In this document: positions 37,945 to 51,500 of the stretch, piece after piece
Position numbering within the stretch: position 1 is the first letter of the stretch
Layout: each line of letters starts with the position of its first letter
Origin: Amoebophrya sp. A120
Taxonomy: Eukaryota; Protista; Dinoflagellata
Direction of reading: 5' to 3'
Length of the DNA stretch: 64,000 nucleotides
NCBI GenBank assembly: GCA_905178155.1
Contig: CAJINV010000003.1
Span: forward strand, 5,401,700 to 5,465,699
Position numbers and translations under genes: made by a program
Notes under the pieces: generated by a model
Seen by the model: the letters and a program-made list of their open reading frames with translations, nothing else
Databases searched by the model: none
What the model was told of the DNA's origin: nothing

Positions 37945-39537
37945 ACTGGTTTCGTGTTGAGAGAATTCAGCATCTCTTCTCTACGAGGTCAAAGAATTAT
38001 CTAAGTCATCAACTTCTTGTCAGCTTTTTTTTTCCGTTTTCCTTTTTCAGTTTCAAACGCGAGGAGCAAATACAAAGCGCATCGGCTACATTGAAAAAAA
38101 GTTTCATCTGGAACTGGAATATTGTGTGGCGGAACGCTTACACTTTATCCGTTCTTGCTCGTAAAAACACACTGCAGAATCATGGATTTGCATATTCAAC
38201 ATAGTCAAAGTCATAGTTATCATACTCACCTACGCAAATTAGCTTGCTCGGGAGATCAAAGTAGCGAATTTGTACAAAGTAGTCAAATTTATGATGACGA
38301 CACGCACACGTGGCGCATCTTCCCATTTGTGCCCTCCAAGAACTGCTTCCGCTTTCAAACCAGTAAGTAGAGGCGTGCGACCGCCCACTTGTTAGGCTTA
38401 TGCACAAATGAATTCGAGAATACTTACATCAACGACAAAGATACACATATTACATCCAACTGGAGTACATACAAATAAATGATATTCCCAAGAAACTACG
38501 GTGTGTCGAATGCCTGACACTCAGGATCGATCGGAGAAACCAACTCCTTGATTGTATTGAAGTTTCCACGGTATCAGAGCGAGGCTTATACCAACCCGCC
38601 ACAACAGCGTGAAAGGAGAGTTTCAAAAATCGATATCGAAACGCTGTGGCTGTCCTGAGACTGGAACTGCAAGTAAGGCTGCACAAAAAAACGCTGGAAA
38701 TGAAAAGTAAGTACTTAACACATCAAAAACTCGCCGCGGATGACAAAGCAGCACGAGTTTGCTGTTGTGGATGCGTTAGTAGCCATAGCCGAGAATGAAT
38801 AAAACTAGCTGACTACAAGCGACTGCTTTTGTTGACCATACTGCTTGTCATCTACTTGACGGAAAAGGGACTCGGTAAAAGCTTGGGGGCACCTACATCG
38901 GTTCGTCACATCCATTGGATACCGATGCAGGATCGCAAGCAAGGCCTACCCTGACATTCAAAAAAATAATTGTGTCCTGCCATTTCATCTACGTGCAAAT
39001 ATCTTAACACTTCGCCTGCTTGTTTTTATCTGTTGCATTCATGATAGGCCCTCGCCGTGCCTGTAGTCGCCTTAGAAAAAGAGTATATTACGTATCTGCG
39101 GTCTGCGTAGGCTTTTCGGGAAGGCTGTTGGGCCACCTTCAAAAAAAGAGCTCCGATCATAGATACATAATGATCGATACAGCGAGCCCAGCAAGCATTT
39201 CCGCTTCCGTCGCCTGGCGAGAGGAAATCCGTTCGTGCGCCACAGCTGTGGCTGTGACGTTCGGCTAACATAACTCAACAACGCGTTACTCCGTACTACA
39301 TCTGACCCAGTTTTTTTCATTCACTTTTGATTCATTGACTTTTCAGTTCTCTATATGATTTTCTTCTTGACCTTGTCCTGTAAACCTAGATTCTACGTGC
39401 AGTTGCCTGTATCTCGGGCGGTGTCCTACTTGACCTTCGTTACATACTAGCAGCTCTCCCTGGTGCCGCCTGGTGCAGCGAGTTTAAAAAACTTCTTTAT
39501 CAACTACTCTACCTCTTCTAGTCCGCCCTTTACACTT

Positions 39538-42500
39538 CTAAACTTGTTGCTCCGCTTCGCTCGGGCGAGCCGGTTGTGCGTCTCCGTCGGCGCTGGTACT
39601 TTGCCGGCCCGCGGCGGTCCCCTCCTCCTGTCCGTCTCCTGCGGGCAGGAGAGTCTCTCCTCCACCTGGGCTACTGGGTGCGGGCCCGCCCTCCTCCCCG
39701 CCGGCGGAATGATGCGCAGATCCGGCGGTTGCGTGGCGTGCTGCCATCAGCAATATCAAATGTAAAAATGTCTGGGTCTGGAAGAATCCACCTTATTGGT
39801 TGGTTGGTTGGGTAGCGCCTGTCGCCGGTGCAGGTCCCGCCCTCCATCGATTGCGATCCGGAGTAGCCGGAACACAAGGCCCTAGTGGCACAATCGATCG
39901 ACGAAGCCCTTTATAACCAGGTCACAGTCATCCGGCTGCCCTGGAGTCATTCGCGGGCCAGGCAACGTCTAGGAGCTACGGATTAGGGATCTTGATAGGC
40001 GAGACAGGTCACGGTCATCCACCTGCCTATCGAAGACGAGCCAGGTCACAGTCATCCAGCTGCGTTCACAGTACGAGCCAGGTCACAGTCATCCGGCTGA
40101 CTGCATATGAACGTCCCCGGCGGCAGTCGTCGAAGTGAACCCATGGGAAGAGCCGGGAAATGCCAAAGACAGGAACCCCCTGACACATGCCAACTAGACA
40201 CAGTAACCACATGTGACGACGTGGAAAAAGGGTAGACCCCGACTGGCTTACCGGTAAGCCCGACTGCCCCGCTGCGTGTTATTTTCCCGGGCAAATTTAT
40301 TTATACTGAACCCCGGGCACGCCACCCGGAGACGGACGAAGTCCAGTTTTTACAAAACTCCCGCATAGCGGCTATCTAAATGGGGCGGGGTCAGTTGACC
40401 ATCGAATTGCTTGCGCTAAACGACGACGGGTGGACCCCATGCAAAAAGCCTCTTTGGACTGCCCCTCTTGCGCTAAGACCCTTTTTCTATCTAATATTAC
40501 GACTACGCTACTACTAGGACTACTGCCGCTATTACTACCGGGAAACTGTTACTACTAGGCTCTTGCGTGGCCCTTCTTATGCCGGGGAAGAGTGGCATGG
40601 CCAGCATCTGCTTGTGCTTTTTGCTGCCGTTCCTTTCGGGCCCGTGGGTCCCCTTGGGTGGAAGCGCCTCACTGGTGGGCGTCGGCGCGCGAGACAATAC
40701 CCAAGCGACAGGACACGCGCCCTGTGCATGGCGGGCAAAAACTAGATGGGCATGTGGCTGCGCACTGCATTTACGCGAGCCATTTTTGGTTTTTTCTCCT
40801 CTCATCTCTCTGTGTCGTCCTGTTGCTTGGGAACGCGCCGCCGGCGTGGTCTTTTTTGCGCGGTCCCTGACCTCTTGGGGCCAGCTCTTAGCTGCGCGCG
40901 TCTCGCTGGCGCTGTTTGCTCGTTTGCCGTTTTCCTGTGTTGTGTTTTTTAGGGAAAAACCTGCGCTACGTTTTACGAAAAAAGGAGTCTCTGCCCCTAC
41001 TTTTTTGAAAAGCAGAGTCTTTGCTCCTGCGTTTTTGGAAAAAGCTCTCTTGTCGCTGTGACTTGGCAGACCGCCCGCGCGGGTCTTTTTACCGCCTTCG
41101 CTGTGGAACCGCTTTCCTGGCTGCTGCTGGCTGCTGCTTCGGCTGCGCCCTTCTGTCCGTAGTCTGCTGCTGCTGGGCCTTCGCTCCGCTTGCTGGCGCC
41201 CGCTTCGGCTGCCGCTCTCTCCCTGCCGGGCCTGGCTGCTTTGCCCTCGCTTTGGACTTTGCTGCTTTTTGTTTTGGCGGCTGCTCTCTCGCTTTTGCTC
41301 GCGGGGCTGCCTTTCCTTTCGCCTTTGGCGCCGGCCGTCTCTCGTCCACACCCTCTGGCTCCGGGTGCTCGTCCTCCGTGTTTTCTCCGCTCTGCAGGTC
41401 AGTGAGCCGCAGCATGTCCTTGATGTACTGCCGCCGCTTTGCAAGGCAGCGCCGCTTGGTCCAATCTCGCAGAGGAGGGAAGGCGAAGGCTTTTTGCCCG
41501 AAATCATAGACCGGCCAGTCCGTGTACTCGTGGTCGTGTCCCGTCGCGTTCACCACCGCCAACCCGATGGCCCGCGTTGCGATTCCCGGCGCCATCGTTC
41601 TATTTTCTTCTGCGATCTTCCCCATTGTCTGGGTGGCTGCCCAGTGGACTTTGTGGCCCTGCAACTGCAGCCTTTCCACCTGCTCGACGAAATGCACCGC
41701 AATGCCCTCGCCTCGGCGCAACGGCCCGCGCGTCTTTGCTCGTAACCTCTCGTAGTCGCACAGCTTGTACTTGTAGTGGACCCCTGGCTCTTCGCTGTTC
41801 GTTTCGCGGCTGAGATGCAGAAAGCCGCTGAGATACGCGGCAAAGTGTCTCTCCTCCGCGCGTTCCTCCATCATCAGATGCGCTCGCTTTGTCTGTACCT
41901 GCTTCAGCACAGCGACCCTTCCGATGCCGTCTACCTGCAGCACCCGCGCCCCTTGTCCGTCCGCCGCCGCTACTACGTACGCCGTCTCCCTCTGGCACGC
42001 GCGCGGCAGGCGTGAGGCCGGCGGTGGCTTTTTGCTACGGTCTGGGATGAACCCACAGAGGCGGAGGTCGGACTTTGCTGGCAGTCTGATTTCCGCTCCC
42101 TCACTCAGTGCCTCCACCAAGGCTAGGCCCGCCGCAGTCTTTACCCGCACTGCCGTTCGGTCTGCCGCGCCTATTCCCGCAAGGCCCGTGCCATGAAAGC
42201 GAATCGGGAAGGTTGCCCAGGTGAGGAAACCGTCGACATCCGTCAGAATGTTGCTCTGCGCCACTCCCCTCAGGAGCTTGATTCCGAGAATGTACGGGTC
42301 TACGATTCCCAAAATGTTCTCGCTGAAGATGAGACGGTAGAAGAGTTCGGGCGTGAGGCCGATCCGCGTCGTAAGTCTCTCCCATACCTCCCGCTCGAAG
42401 CCTATGACCTTCGCGATTGAAGTCGCCATCTCGATGAGAAGCTCCGACCAGTCGCTCTGCGCAAAAACCAAATGTAGAACCGGCAGGATGTATATGATTG

Positions 42501-45500
42501 GCGACATGTAGAAGCAGATGATAATCCATCGAAGGTCCGCGCCGTTCATCACGTAATTGCCCTTGCTACGCATAACTCGATAGCACAAATGCTGCGCGAA
42601 AGATACTTGGGAATTAACCTGCTTGCGGATGGCGTCGATCTGGTCCGCGATTTCCCCTAGCTTGATCGTGATGCCGAGGATTCGCGTCTGCTCCTTCAAG
42701 TTGAAAGTGACTCCAAAAGGTTGGAACGCCGCGAGGTACGCAGCCTGCTCATCCATTCATTGCCGAAGCCGATAGCAGCATCTCCGCCTTTTTTGGGGCG
42801 AGGTACTGGCTGCCCTTCGGACCGATACATCGTTTCGTACGATTCGGCGACTATCCGCAAAAGGCGGCGAAGTTTTTCCGCGTCCAGCCTGTGAAACTTT
42901 ACGGAAATTGTTCCGTCGTCGACGAATTGGACCACGGCGGATCTGCTTGGTTTTTCTGTTACCTGCTCGCTCACTGGCAAAGTCTGGCTCACTCGCTTCC
43001 ACTCGTACTCGGTCGATCGGGGCTTCCGCTCCCTCCTTGTTCTGTTGCCTGTCTCCGCGCCGCCGTCTCCCTTTTCGTCGTGAAATAGCTCGTGGACCTC
43101 CTCGGTCGGGTTGTAGTCCGGAAAGGTGACATCGATGTCGTCCCCTCCTGCGAAGTCGGCCCGAAGCGTTCGGCGCAGTTTGCAGGCTGCGCCCTGCATT
43201 CGCTTATCGCAAATCCGCCCCGCATCGTCGAAAGATTCTTCGACGAACTGCGCGACCGCGTGAACGCCCCGCATGTAGAGGAGGACACCGCAGAGCATCG
43301 TTTCCACCGAACCCTGGATGAGGTCCCGGTGGGACTTTATCTCCGCGAAACAACTTCCATCGCGAAGGAAAAGCGTTTTCCGCCAGTTCGCCAGCATCGT
43401 CAGCTTGATGTAGGTCGGACGCAACCAATCTGGCCCATCTAAAACTTCTCAACATGCTCGGAACGCTGATACAATTGAAGAAATTACTGGCATCAATTCC
43501 GATCAGGATTGTCAACCACGTTGCGAGGTTTTCTTTTTCCTGCTCACTCGGCTCCGCCGCTCGCTCGTTGTTCTCGCAGCCGTTTTGCAGCTGGTCCCCA
43601 TGCGCCACCTTCAAAATCTGCAGAACCGTGGCCATGCACGAGGCGGCAGGCTTTCCTCCCTGCTGCGCCTGAAGGCGTAAACGCGTCTCCGAGGTCTGCA
43701 ATTCGCGCCATCCGATGCGTGAGGAAGCTCAGTAGGATTCGGTAGACCGGCGTGCCCCGTATAACTGTCCGCAGCTTAGAGATGTCGTCTCCCAGCTGTG
43801 ACGCTTTGCGCAAGATCTCCACCTGTAAAACCGTCAAGGCCGGCGGTAGGATTGCGTCCTCCGTCCCTGGGGTCCACTCCGATCGTGCCACGCGCCGGAG
43901 GAAGGCCTCGTATCCCGCTGCGAGCTGCTGGATTTGTGCGTCGGTCATTGCAGCATATACCCGGGGTCGTACTCCGTCGGCGCCGGAGGCTTCTTGGTTC
44001 ATTTTCATGATGTGTCTCCGTAATTCTTCTGCTGGTACTCGGAGCGGTGGGAGCTCCTTTGCCGCCTCTGTCAGCTGTGTGACCGCGCGGCGCATCTCCT
44101 CGACCCCGAAAGTGTGGCGCTTGCCTTCCGCAACTCGGATTTTCTCGCTTTTGAGCACGTGAGCCAGGGAAATTTTCTTCGTGCACTCCTCTACCCCTGT
44201 AACCACCTCTGGGTTTGCGGCGGTGCCGGCGTTAATCTCCCTAACCTCCTCCGCGGGGGCCCCCCTTCCGGAGCCAAGAACCTGCTCTCTCGCTTGTCTT
44301 GCGAATTGGTAGACGTTATTTAGTGACGTCCCATCCACCGGCCCGCGGAAAACGGATCGCCACTCACGCTCCTCTTCTTTGCGTCCGCTCCCTCGATTTT
44401 TGCCCTTGCCTTTGCCGCTCGCTCCTTTCTTCCTTCCCCCCTTGCGCGGTGGGGATTTTCGCTCAAAGAGGTCCCGCATTTCTTCCGTCGGTCTCGCTGC
44501 TGCCAGATTACAGACGCCCGCTTTTAGCAAGACTTCCTGTGCCCATTTTTGTACTCCTTCAAGGCCTACCTCTTCGATACTCGGCATTTGTTCGTCCGCG
44601 AAAATCGGCTCGAGGGATGCTGTGGTCTTCGAGTTGCGTGGCCACGTCAGTACGCCTTCGAAGGGAATCCGCTCGCCGAATTCGTCCGGCCCCTTCAAAA
44701 TCTTTACCCTTTCACCGCCTTCGTCCTGTGGCACCAGTTCCGAGTACTTCGCGTTGAAGTCTAGTTCACTTGCGCCCGAGGCTGTACTGGTCTGACTCGC
44801 CTGGCTCGCTTGGGTCGCGCCTGTGGCGGCCGTTGCCGGCTCGTTTTTTGGTCTGTACCAGCTAACGGCGGTGTGGAGGGCAATGTGGTCTCCTTCAGGC
44901 AGTGCCGGACTTCGGTTGCCCGGGATCGGTTTGCACTCCTTCTTATGCCCCCGAACGACCTGCACCCGCTGGATCTCCGCCGCGAAAACCACGCCACTCC
45001 TCGGGCCTACGGCCGTAAAATCTATCGTGGTTGGCGAGGTTTTGGATCGGTAGCACGTTGGTCCCTCCGTGTCCTGGAATCGCGCGCGGCTGTTCAGCAG
45101 GCTGAAAAGCGGCTCTAGTGCCTCCGATCGGACCAGTGCGCAGGCTGGCTGGTTTGCCGCCAAAGCCGCTCTCTCATCGTTGTCAACTTCGTGATACGCA
45201 TTCAGGTCACCTGATATTATCCACAAATCAGCGGCGTCCATAGCTGCTTCGATCTCCTGGATCAGGCTGCGCATCTGCTCCGCAATGAACTCGCGCTGCG
45301 GTGAGTCTACCGGTAGCCGGGTCTCCCTGCGGTAGAGAGTCAGCGTCAGTCTCCGGTCTCGCACTGCGCCAACGGCCCAGAGTATGGCGTCTTCTTTGTT
45401 CGTTATCTCCTCCGTGAAGAAGCTGCCGCGTGGGTCGCGCGCAAGTATCAGTCTGTTGATCAAGATCTTTGGCCGCTCTCTCACGCTATTGCAATCCGCG

Positions 45501-48500
45501 ACCAGACCACCACCGCACTTCAGGCTGGTCGAGATGCCCACGAGGTCGGTCGCCGCTACTACGTGCAACCTCTTTCGCCCTCTCACTCCTGTGAATTGCG
45601 CACGATCGAGGTCCAGCTCGCTCTTTTTGATCTCAACCGCTGCCGCCTCTGTTGCCTGCAGGTCCGTGACTAACTTGACGAGCGCTTCCGTGTTGGCTTC
45701 TCCCGACCCGTTCACGTTCCAGTACACGTGACTGATGAAATCTGGCTCGTCCCCATCTTCCGGGTCGTCCGGCTTGAAACCCAGCATCCTCAGTGCCGGG
45801 CAGCCGGTTGCTTCAGGTGGCAGGCGAGTGGTGGCTGTCTACAGCATGCATGGCGTTGCTTTTTTCTTTGAGTTTCTTTCTGCCATATGCATTACTAGTC
45901 CGCTACTTACTGCCTTCTCTACTCGACATCCCTACTCGCAAAGCAAAGATGCCTAGATGCCTACTTCGTTTGTCGCCTACGAAAAGCCCAACCTCACGCC
46001 GATCATCTGACCTTGCATAGCATACAAAGACCCGCTATCTACTATCTACTCGCACTAGATTGCACTTTATGGCGCGAAATATGCCTTCTTTTAACTTGTG
46101 AAACGCCGCTTCCACTGCCGCTGCTTTAGTTCGACTGACGTCTGTGCCTCTCAGTCTTCTTTTGAACACGTGGAGCAACTGCGCGAAGTTGTTCTATCTC
46201 ATATTCGCGACTACTCTGCCTACCTTGCCTTGCTTTTTCTGTTTTTGGGATGCGAGTTCTCTCTGCGCATGCTAAGAGTTTCTACTTATTCTGGGTTAAG
46301 CCACCACTGCCCACCTGCCAACCTGACTTGAAGCGCGTGCGTCTGATCTAACAAACCCTCTGCCCCTTCAACTTCTGCACCCGGAGTCCCCCCGCCCTCA
46401 CGAGTCGGCAGCTTGCTCCCTCCTCTCGCGTGCTCGTGTTTGCTGGCGCTTGACCTCTTTCTCGGATTTTTCCTTCTTCTTGTCCTTTCGGCGGTCCGCC
46501 GTCAGTACCCGGGCGTCGCCTTTCTGCAATTTCTTCTCGAAATTTTCGGCCCGCTCTTCCTTTGTCATCTTCAAAAACTTTTTTCGGGATTTCTGGTGTG
46601 CGTCCCGCTTTCGCTTTTTTCTCTTGTCGACTTCGCCCTGTCGCGTGTTTGGCGTCATCGCGTCCAAGCGCTTCTGCAGGTTCTCCTTGCAGCGGTCGCG
46701 CACGATTTTCGCATACTCTTTCGTGCCCGGTTTGGCTCCTTCCACCGGCTGGCTCCTCGCTGGCGTGAACTCCCGTGGGACTGTCTGCTTTTTCAGTGGC
46801 TCGCCCGGGAATGCGATGTCCGGTCGCCCCGGGTTGTCCATTTCAAAGCCCTTGCGTAGCCGGGCCAGCTGCCTGCGCGCCTCCATCGTTTTCCGGGAAT
46901 TCTGGTTTGTCGGTGTTGTTTCGGAGCTCTCTTCTAGCTCGCCCGGCTCTCTCACTGACTGCACTCCCTGCCTCACGCCCGCTCGCTCAATGCGTTTCCG
47001 TGCTTTTCCGGCGGGGGGAAGTCGCTGTCTTTCCGCACGCTACGGCCGGCACTGGCGCTGTGCTCCGTTACTGTCCGTCGCCGGGCTTCCTACCGCCTCG
47101 ACGCTGTCTCCCGGTCGCTGTTTCCCGCCGCATGCCGTGCGTTACATCTACTACTACTGTGTGTGCGCTATCTGCTCGGCCGTGCCTACTAGTTTAATAC
47201 AAGCATCTACTTAGCCCTATCTATTCGCTCTACCTTGAGCGGCCATACATACGAGGGGAGCAGATCGAACGGCGTCTGCTGCGCCTCCTTCTACTTTTCT
47301 CATGCATCTTAAACGGGCAGTCTCGGTGGATCAAAATTTCATAGGAGCTGGCCGAACACTCAAAACTGCCTTTTCTCTTGGCTTTTTGTTGTCTGTTTCC
47401 AAATGGGTCAACGGGAATCCTTCTTCCTGACTTTACTTAAAACAGTTTTAATCTCGCGCAGTAGTAGTGTATGTAATTCAAGACTTCCTGGACTGTCATC
47501 CACTATCATCCTTCGTCCCTTGCCCTCTTTAGTTCCGATTTGACCCCCCCGCCCGCGGCGTGAAAAGCGGCGACATTTCCTCTTCCGAAGACCATTCAGC
47601 GACCACTTGCTTCTGTCTCTTCGCTGGGTTTCCCGGCGTTGTCGCGGTGTCCGTCGCCCGCTTGCCGCTTTTCGTCTCTCGGTTTTGTGCGCGCTCTACT
47701 CCGTGGTCGGTTTTTTCCTGCGTGCCACCTCCCCCCGTGCTTGGGGCGCTCGGGGCGGCGTGGCGGTTCTGAAGCTGCTCTCTCTGTGACATTTGGATTT
47801 TTTCCATTTCTTTTGGATTCCAAAAAAATCTGTATTGCATGAGTACCAAAGGGAGTGTAATTCTTGCTACGCGGAGAGGGCATTTGTCATGCGGAATAGG
47901 CATCAAGAAGCTCTCAAAAAATCTGTGATGCTAGGGCATGCATCACAGACATCAGGGCTCATGCAAAACGTGCATGACAAGTGTCTGAATCTTCCAGACC
48001 CAGTCATTTTTACAGTTGATAAGCAAGTGGTCGGTCCCCAAGCGGTCCTGTGCTGTCGCTACGGTATTTCGCGTACTGAGAGGAAAAATCCCCCCTCCCC
48101 ATATTGAAAAGGTATGTTTCCAAAAATTTGTGTTGCGGATTTGAGGTCACAAATCACATCTGTCTTGCAAGACGACAAGGGCAGATGCTTTCGCCCCATT
48201 AGGGAAGCGATTTGCCATGCTGGTGTGCTTATAGGGGAGCCGTTTGCCATGCTGAGCAACTAGACCCATACGCCCCTACCTAGCCTGGGGATCTGGCCGC
48301 AGTGCCGCTCTGCAATACAAATCTGATTTGTGTACTCAAATACAGCATCACAAATTTCGTTTTCGATATGGGGAGGGGGGATGTTTCATTTTGATATCGC
48401 GACCCAGGAGTAGATCCTGCAGCCCCCTGCTTGGCGACGTGGCTGAGTGCGGAGATCGCGCCCACCGCTCGTGACATGGCGTTGACAGCCCGGACGGCGT

Positions 48501-51500
48501 TCACTGCCGTGTTCATGTTCACGTGCAGAATGCCCGTGGTGGTCGTGTGGTGTGCCCGATCCTCGTAGATGAGCGGGTAGAATATTTTGTCCGCCTCCTG
48601 CAGAAGGTAGTCCTCCGCGAACTTGGGCTTCAGACCCGTCAGCTGTCCTGTGGAAAAACGTGGCCCTCCCGCCCGCAGAGACGACCCCAGAGTAGTTCTT
48701 GCCATGCAGATTTGCAATGAATATATTATTTATGGAAACACGACTTGGAATCGATGCGCCTCCCGCCCAAGGGAGGCGCTTATGATCTCAGTCGTGTTTG
48801 GACATTATTATTTGTAAGGCTGCAAACTACAGAATAGCACGGAGATGGCTTTCTTCCTTTGTGAAGATTCGGGTGCCCTTGATGCTCATGCTGCAGCTAA
48901 CTTGCACTACAACAAACTGAGGGACATTGCATGCGTGACTCCCAATAAAACTTCCGGATTTGTGTACTTAGTTGCAGAGATCATGATGATCATCGTCCCA
49001 GTCATTGACTATGGGGCGTCGTCCATGACCACAGTGCGCCCCGTTTTTCCTCAGGATATGAGCTGGTACATGGTGAGCCGTATCGCCCCGGAGCGGTGCT
49101 CGCTACGGTAGATGCCGGTGCCATGGTGCAGCGTGGTGCGCTGGCCGGACGTCCGCTGCGCGTCGCGTAGTCGCTCCCGCGCCACCTTCTCGCGTTCTCG
49201 ATCCACCAGGCGTGCGTGCCGCCGCGCGCCCTTGTGGAAGCAGGTATAGAACTCCATGTACTGGAAGTAGAAGGCGCAAAAAAGGGGAATGTCGAGGAGG
49301 AATTCCAAGGTGCAGAACAAGAGGTACCCGTTCCAGGGCATCAGCTTATAGGGACGGCGCCAGAGGCTAAAGAAGGACTTGGAGGCGAGAATCAGGATGG
49401 CGACGAAAAATCCCCGGAGGTCGATCTGGTACAGCAGCGTCCCGCGCTCGCGGAAATACCCGACGAGAATGTCGAAGTCGCCGGGGAGCTTCGCCTCGGC
49501 GCTACTGGCTGCCTTGAACTGCGCGCCCCAGTCGGCTCGCTCCCGCAGACCCTTGATAAAGAACAGTGCAGCGCAGCAAGCGAAAACGAATCGCTCCATG
49601 CGGGCCGGAGTCCCCCCTAAGGGCATGCAGTATCCTGAGTAAAAACGTACCCACACCAGAGTAACGATGGGGATTTTGCAACACAAACCTAGGGCCTTTG
49701 TGAGTCACGCATGACAAGTTGCGCTCTGCAGTGTAGTGCAGGTTAGCAAGTGCAGCCGCGTCACAGATTCATCTGCTCATCCTGTTCACAGCATTACAAA
49801 TTCCAAAACACGATTGGAAATGGCTCTCATGGGGATGCGCATTACAAGTCTTCCTGTCTTTGCAAATCTGCACTACAACTCTAGTGTGGGTACGTTTTTA
49901 CTCAGGATATGCAGGTGAAGTAGGTCACCGCCAGGATGAAAAACACGCTCAAGTTATCAAAGTGAAAAATCCCCCCTCCCCATATCAAAACCGAAATCTG
50001 TGATGCGGGATTTGTGAGGCGTGAGGCGTGAGCGGGATTTGTGTACACAAATCCAATCTGTCTAGCAGTAGAGGACTGCAGGCAGATGCAGCGCCTGAAT
50101 AGGGGCGCTTTGCTGTAGGCACCTAGCAAGGCAGGCATATCCTCTGTAGGCGATACAGCATTACAAAGCGCCTGCGCAACGCGGGCGGTTCTCTGGCTTT
50201 GTCCTCTTGCAATACAGCGACGATTTGTGGTCGCAAATCAGCATCACAAATTTTCAGTAGTTCCCTTTTTTGGTATGGGGAGGGGGGATTTTTCCTCACA
50301 ATACAAGTAGGTCGAGGTGCGTGACAGGTAGCGAAACACCCGGTAGTCTTTGAGGTAGAGCGTGATCCGCGCGATCTTTTCTTCTGGATGGACCGCTTAT
50401 GCACTGCAAAAGTATCGCACTACAACTACAAATCGAATGACAAATTTCCTCCGCACGATGTAATGCTGATTGAACTTGCAAAAAAAAATTCAATATCAAT
50501 TTGTATATGCATGAAGGCGATTAGTACTACGAACGAGTGCGATACTTTTGCAAGGCATACCACTGTGGCCAGCGCCAACTTTTGCGAGGCACCCCCCAGG
50601 TTCGCGTACTTCTGGATCTTTTTCTCGATCGTCTCCTGGATCACTTGCATCCGGGTTTTCGACCCCTCCGAGGAGGCCTCGTTCCGCTTCGCGTCGGTGA
50701 TGCTTGCGTACTTTCGCTTGTAGCCCGACAAAGTGACGTATGAGAGTGCACAACTCTCCCCGCCCTCATTTGTAAATGCAAAATACCAAATTCACACCTC
50801 GCTTGTAAGCACTGTTAGCATGACAAATTTTGGAACCCCAAATAAATCCGCATGCAGATTTGTCATGCGAAAGCCCCTTTTTTGCTGTTGCTTGCGTTGC
50901 TGTTCATGCAATACTGTCAAATACAAATGATCGAAGAGGGGGAGATCATGTGCACTCTGATATGACGTTCGTTCGTCCCGCGTCGCCGGCGATGCAGATT
51001 ACCATCAAAAAGTCGGAGATCAGGTTGTACCCCGCGAGGAGGGGGAAGATCAGGCTCGACCAGGTCATCATCATGCTCGCGAGCATGAAGTTGAACCGGG
51101 ACCGCCCGAAATACTCGTCGTGCTTGTTGACGTCCCACGTGAAGGACCAGGCGTTCTTCACGTAGATGGGCTCGTAGTACACACTCAAAAACTGCTCCTC
51201 CAGCTGATGGTTCAGAAAGTACATGAGCCGGGTCACCGCCCACCACCACAACAGGGTGCGCATCATGTTGAACTGGTGCACGAAGTAGACCTCTGTGATG
51301 TTGGAAATCGCCAAGTCCCGCACCGTCAAGTCCTTCCACTTCCGAGGCAGCGCCTTCTTGGACAGCGCCGCGAACCGCGGGCCCAAGTACTTCTCGGGCT
51401 TGAACTCCGGAATGCGGAGGTATTTGCTAGTCCCTCGGACGCACCGCTCCTCGTCGTCGGTTTCGACGCCGCTGCTCGAGTCGGTGTCCTGGTCGATCTG

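Larger units (their letters stand above)
39796..47808 (-). mobile_element. Non-LTR retrotransposon (LINE; APE endonuclease + RT) with a (CCAA)4 3' tail
   Basis: APE and RT motifs; (TTGG)4 at 39796-39811 on the + strand at the 3' junction; boundaries approximate and no clear TSD. Confidence 0.82.
39754..48021. mobile_element. Introner family C expanded to 8.27 kb by a nested retrotransposon
   Basis: Left TIR at 39754-39784; rest of the family C body at ~47809-48021; TSD AGCAA at 39749-53 and 48022-26. Confidence 0.88.

Noticed and set aside
41089-45787. RT as a group II intron maturase, retron or DGR serving the introners
   Set aside because: The N-terminal APE endonuclease and simple-repeat 3' tail indicate a LINE; no group II domain V or template repeat was seen
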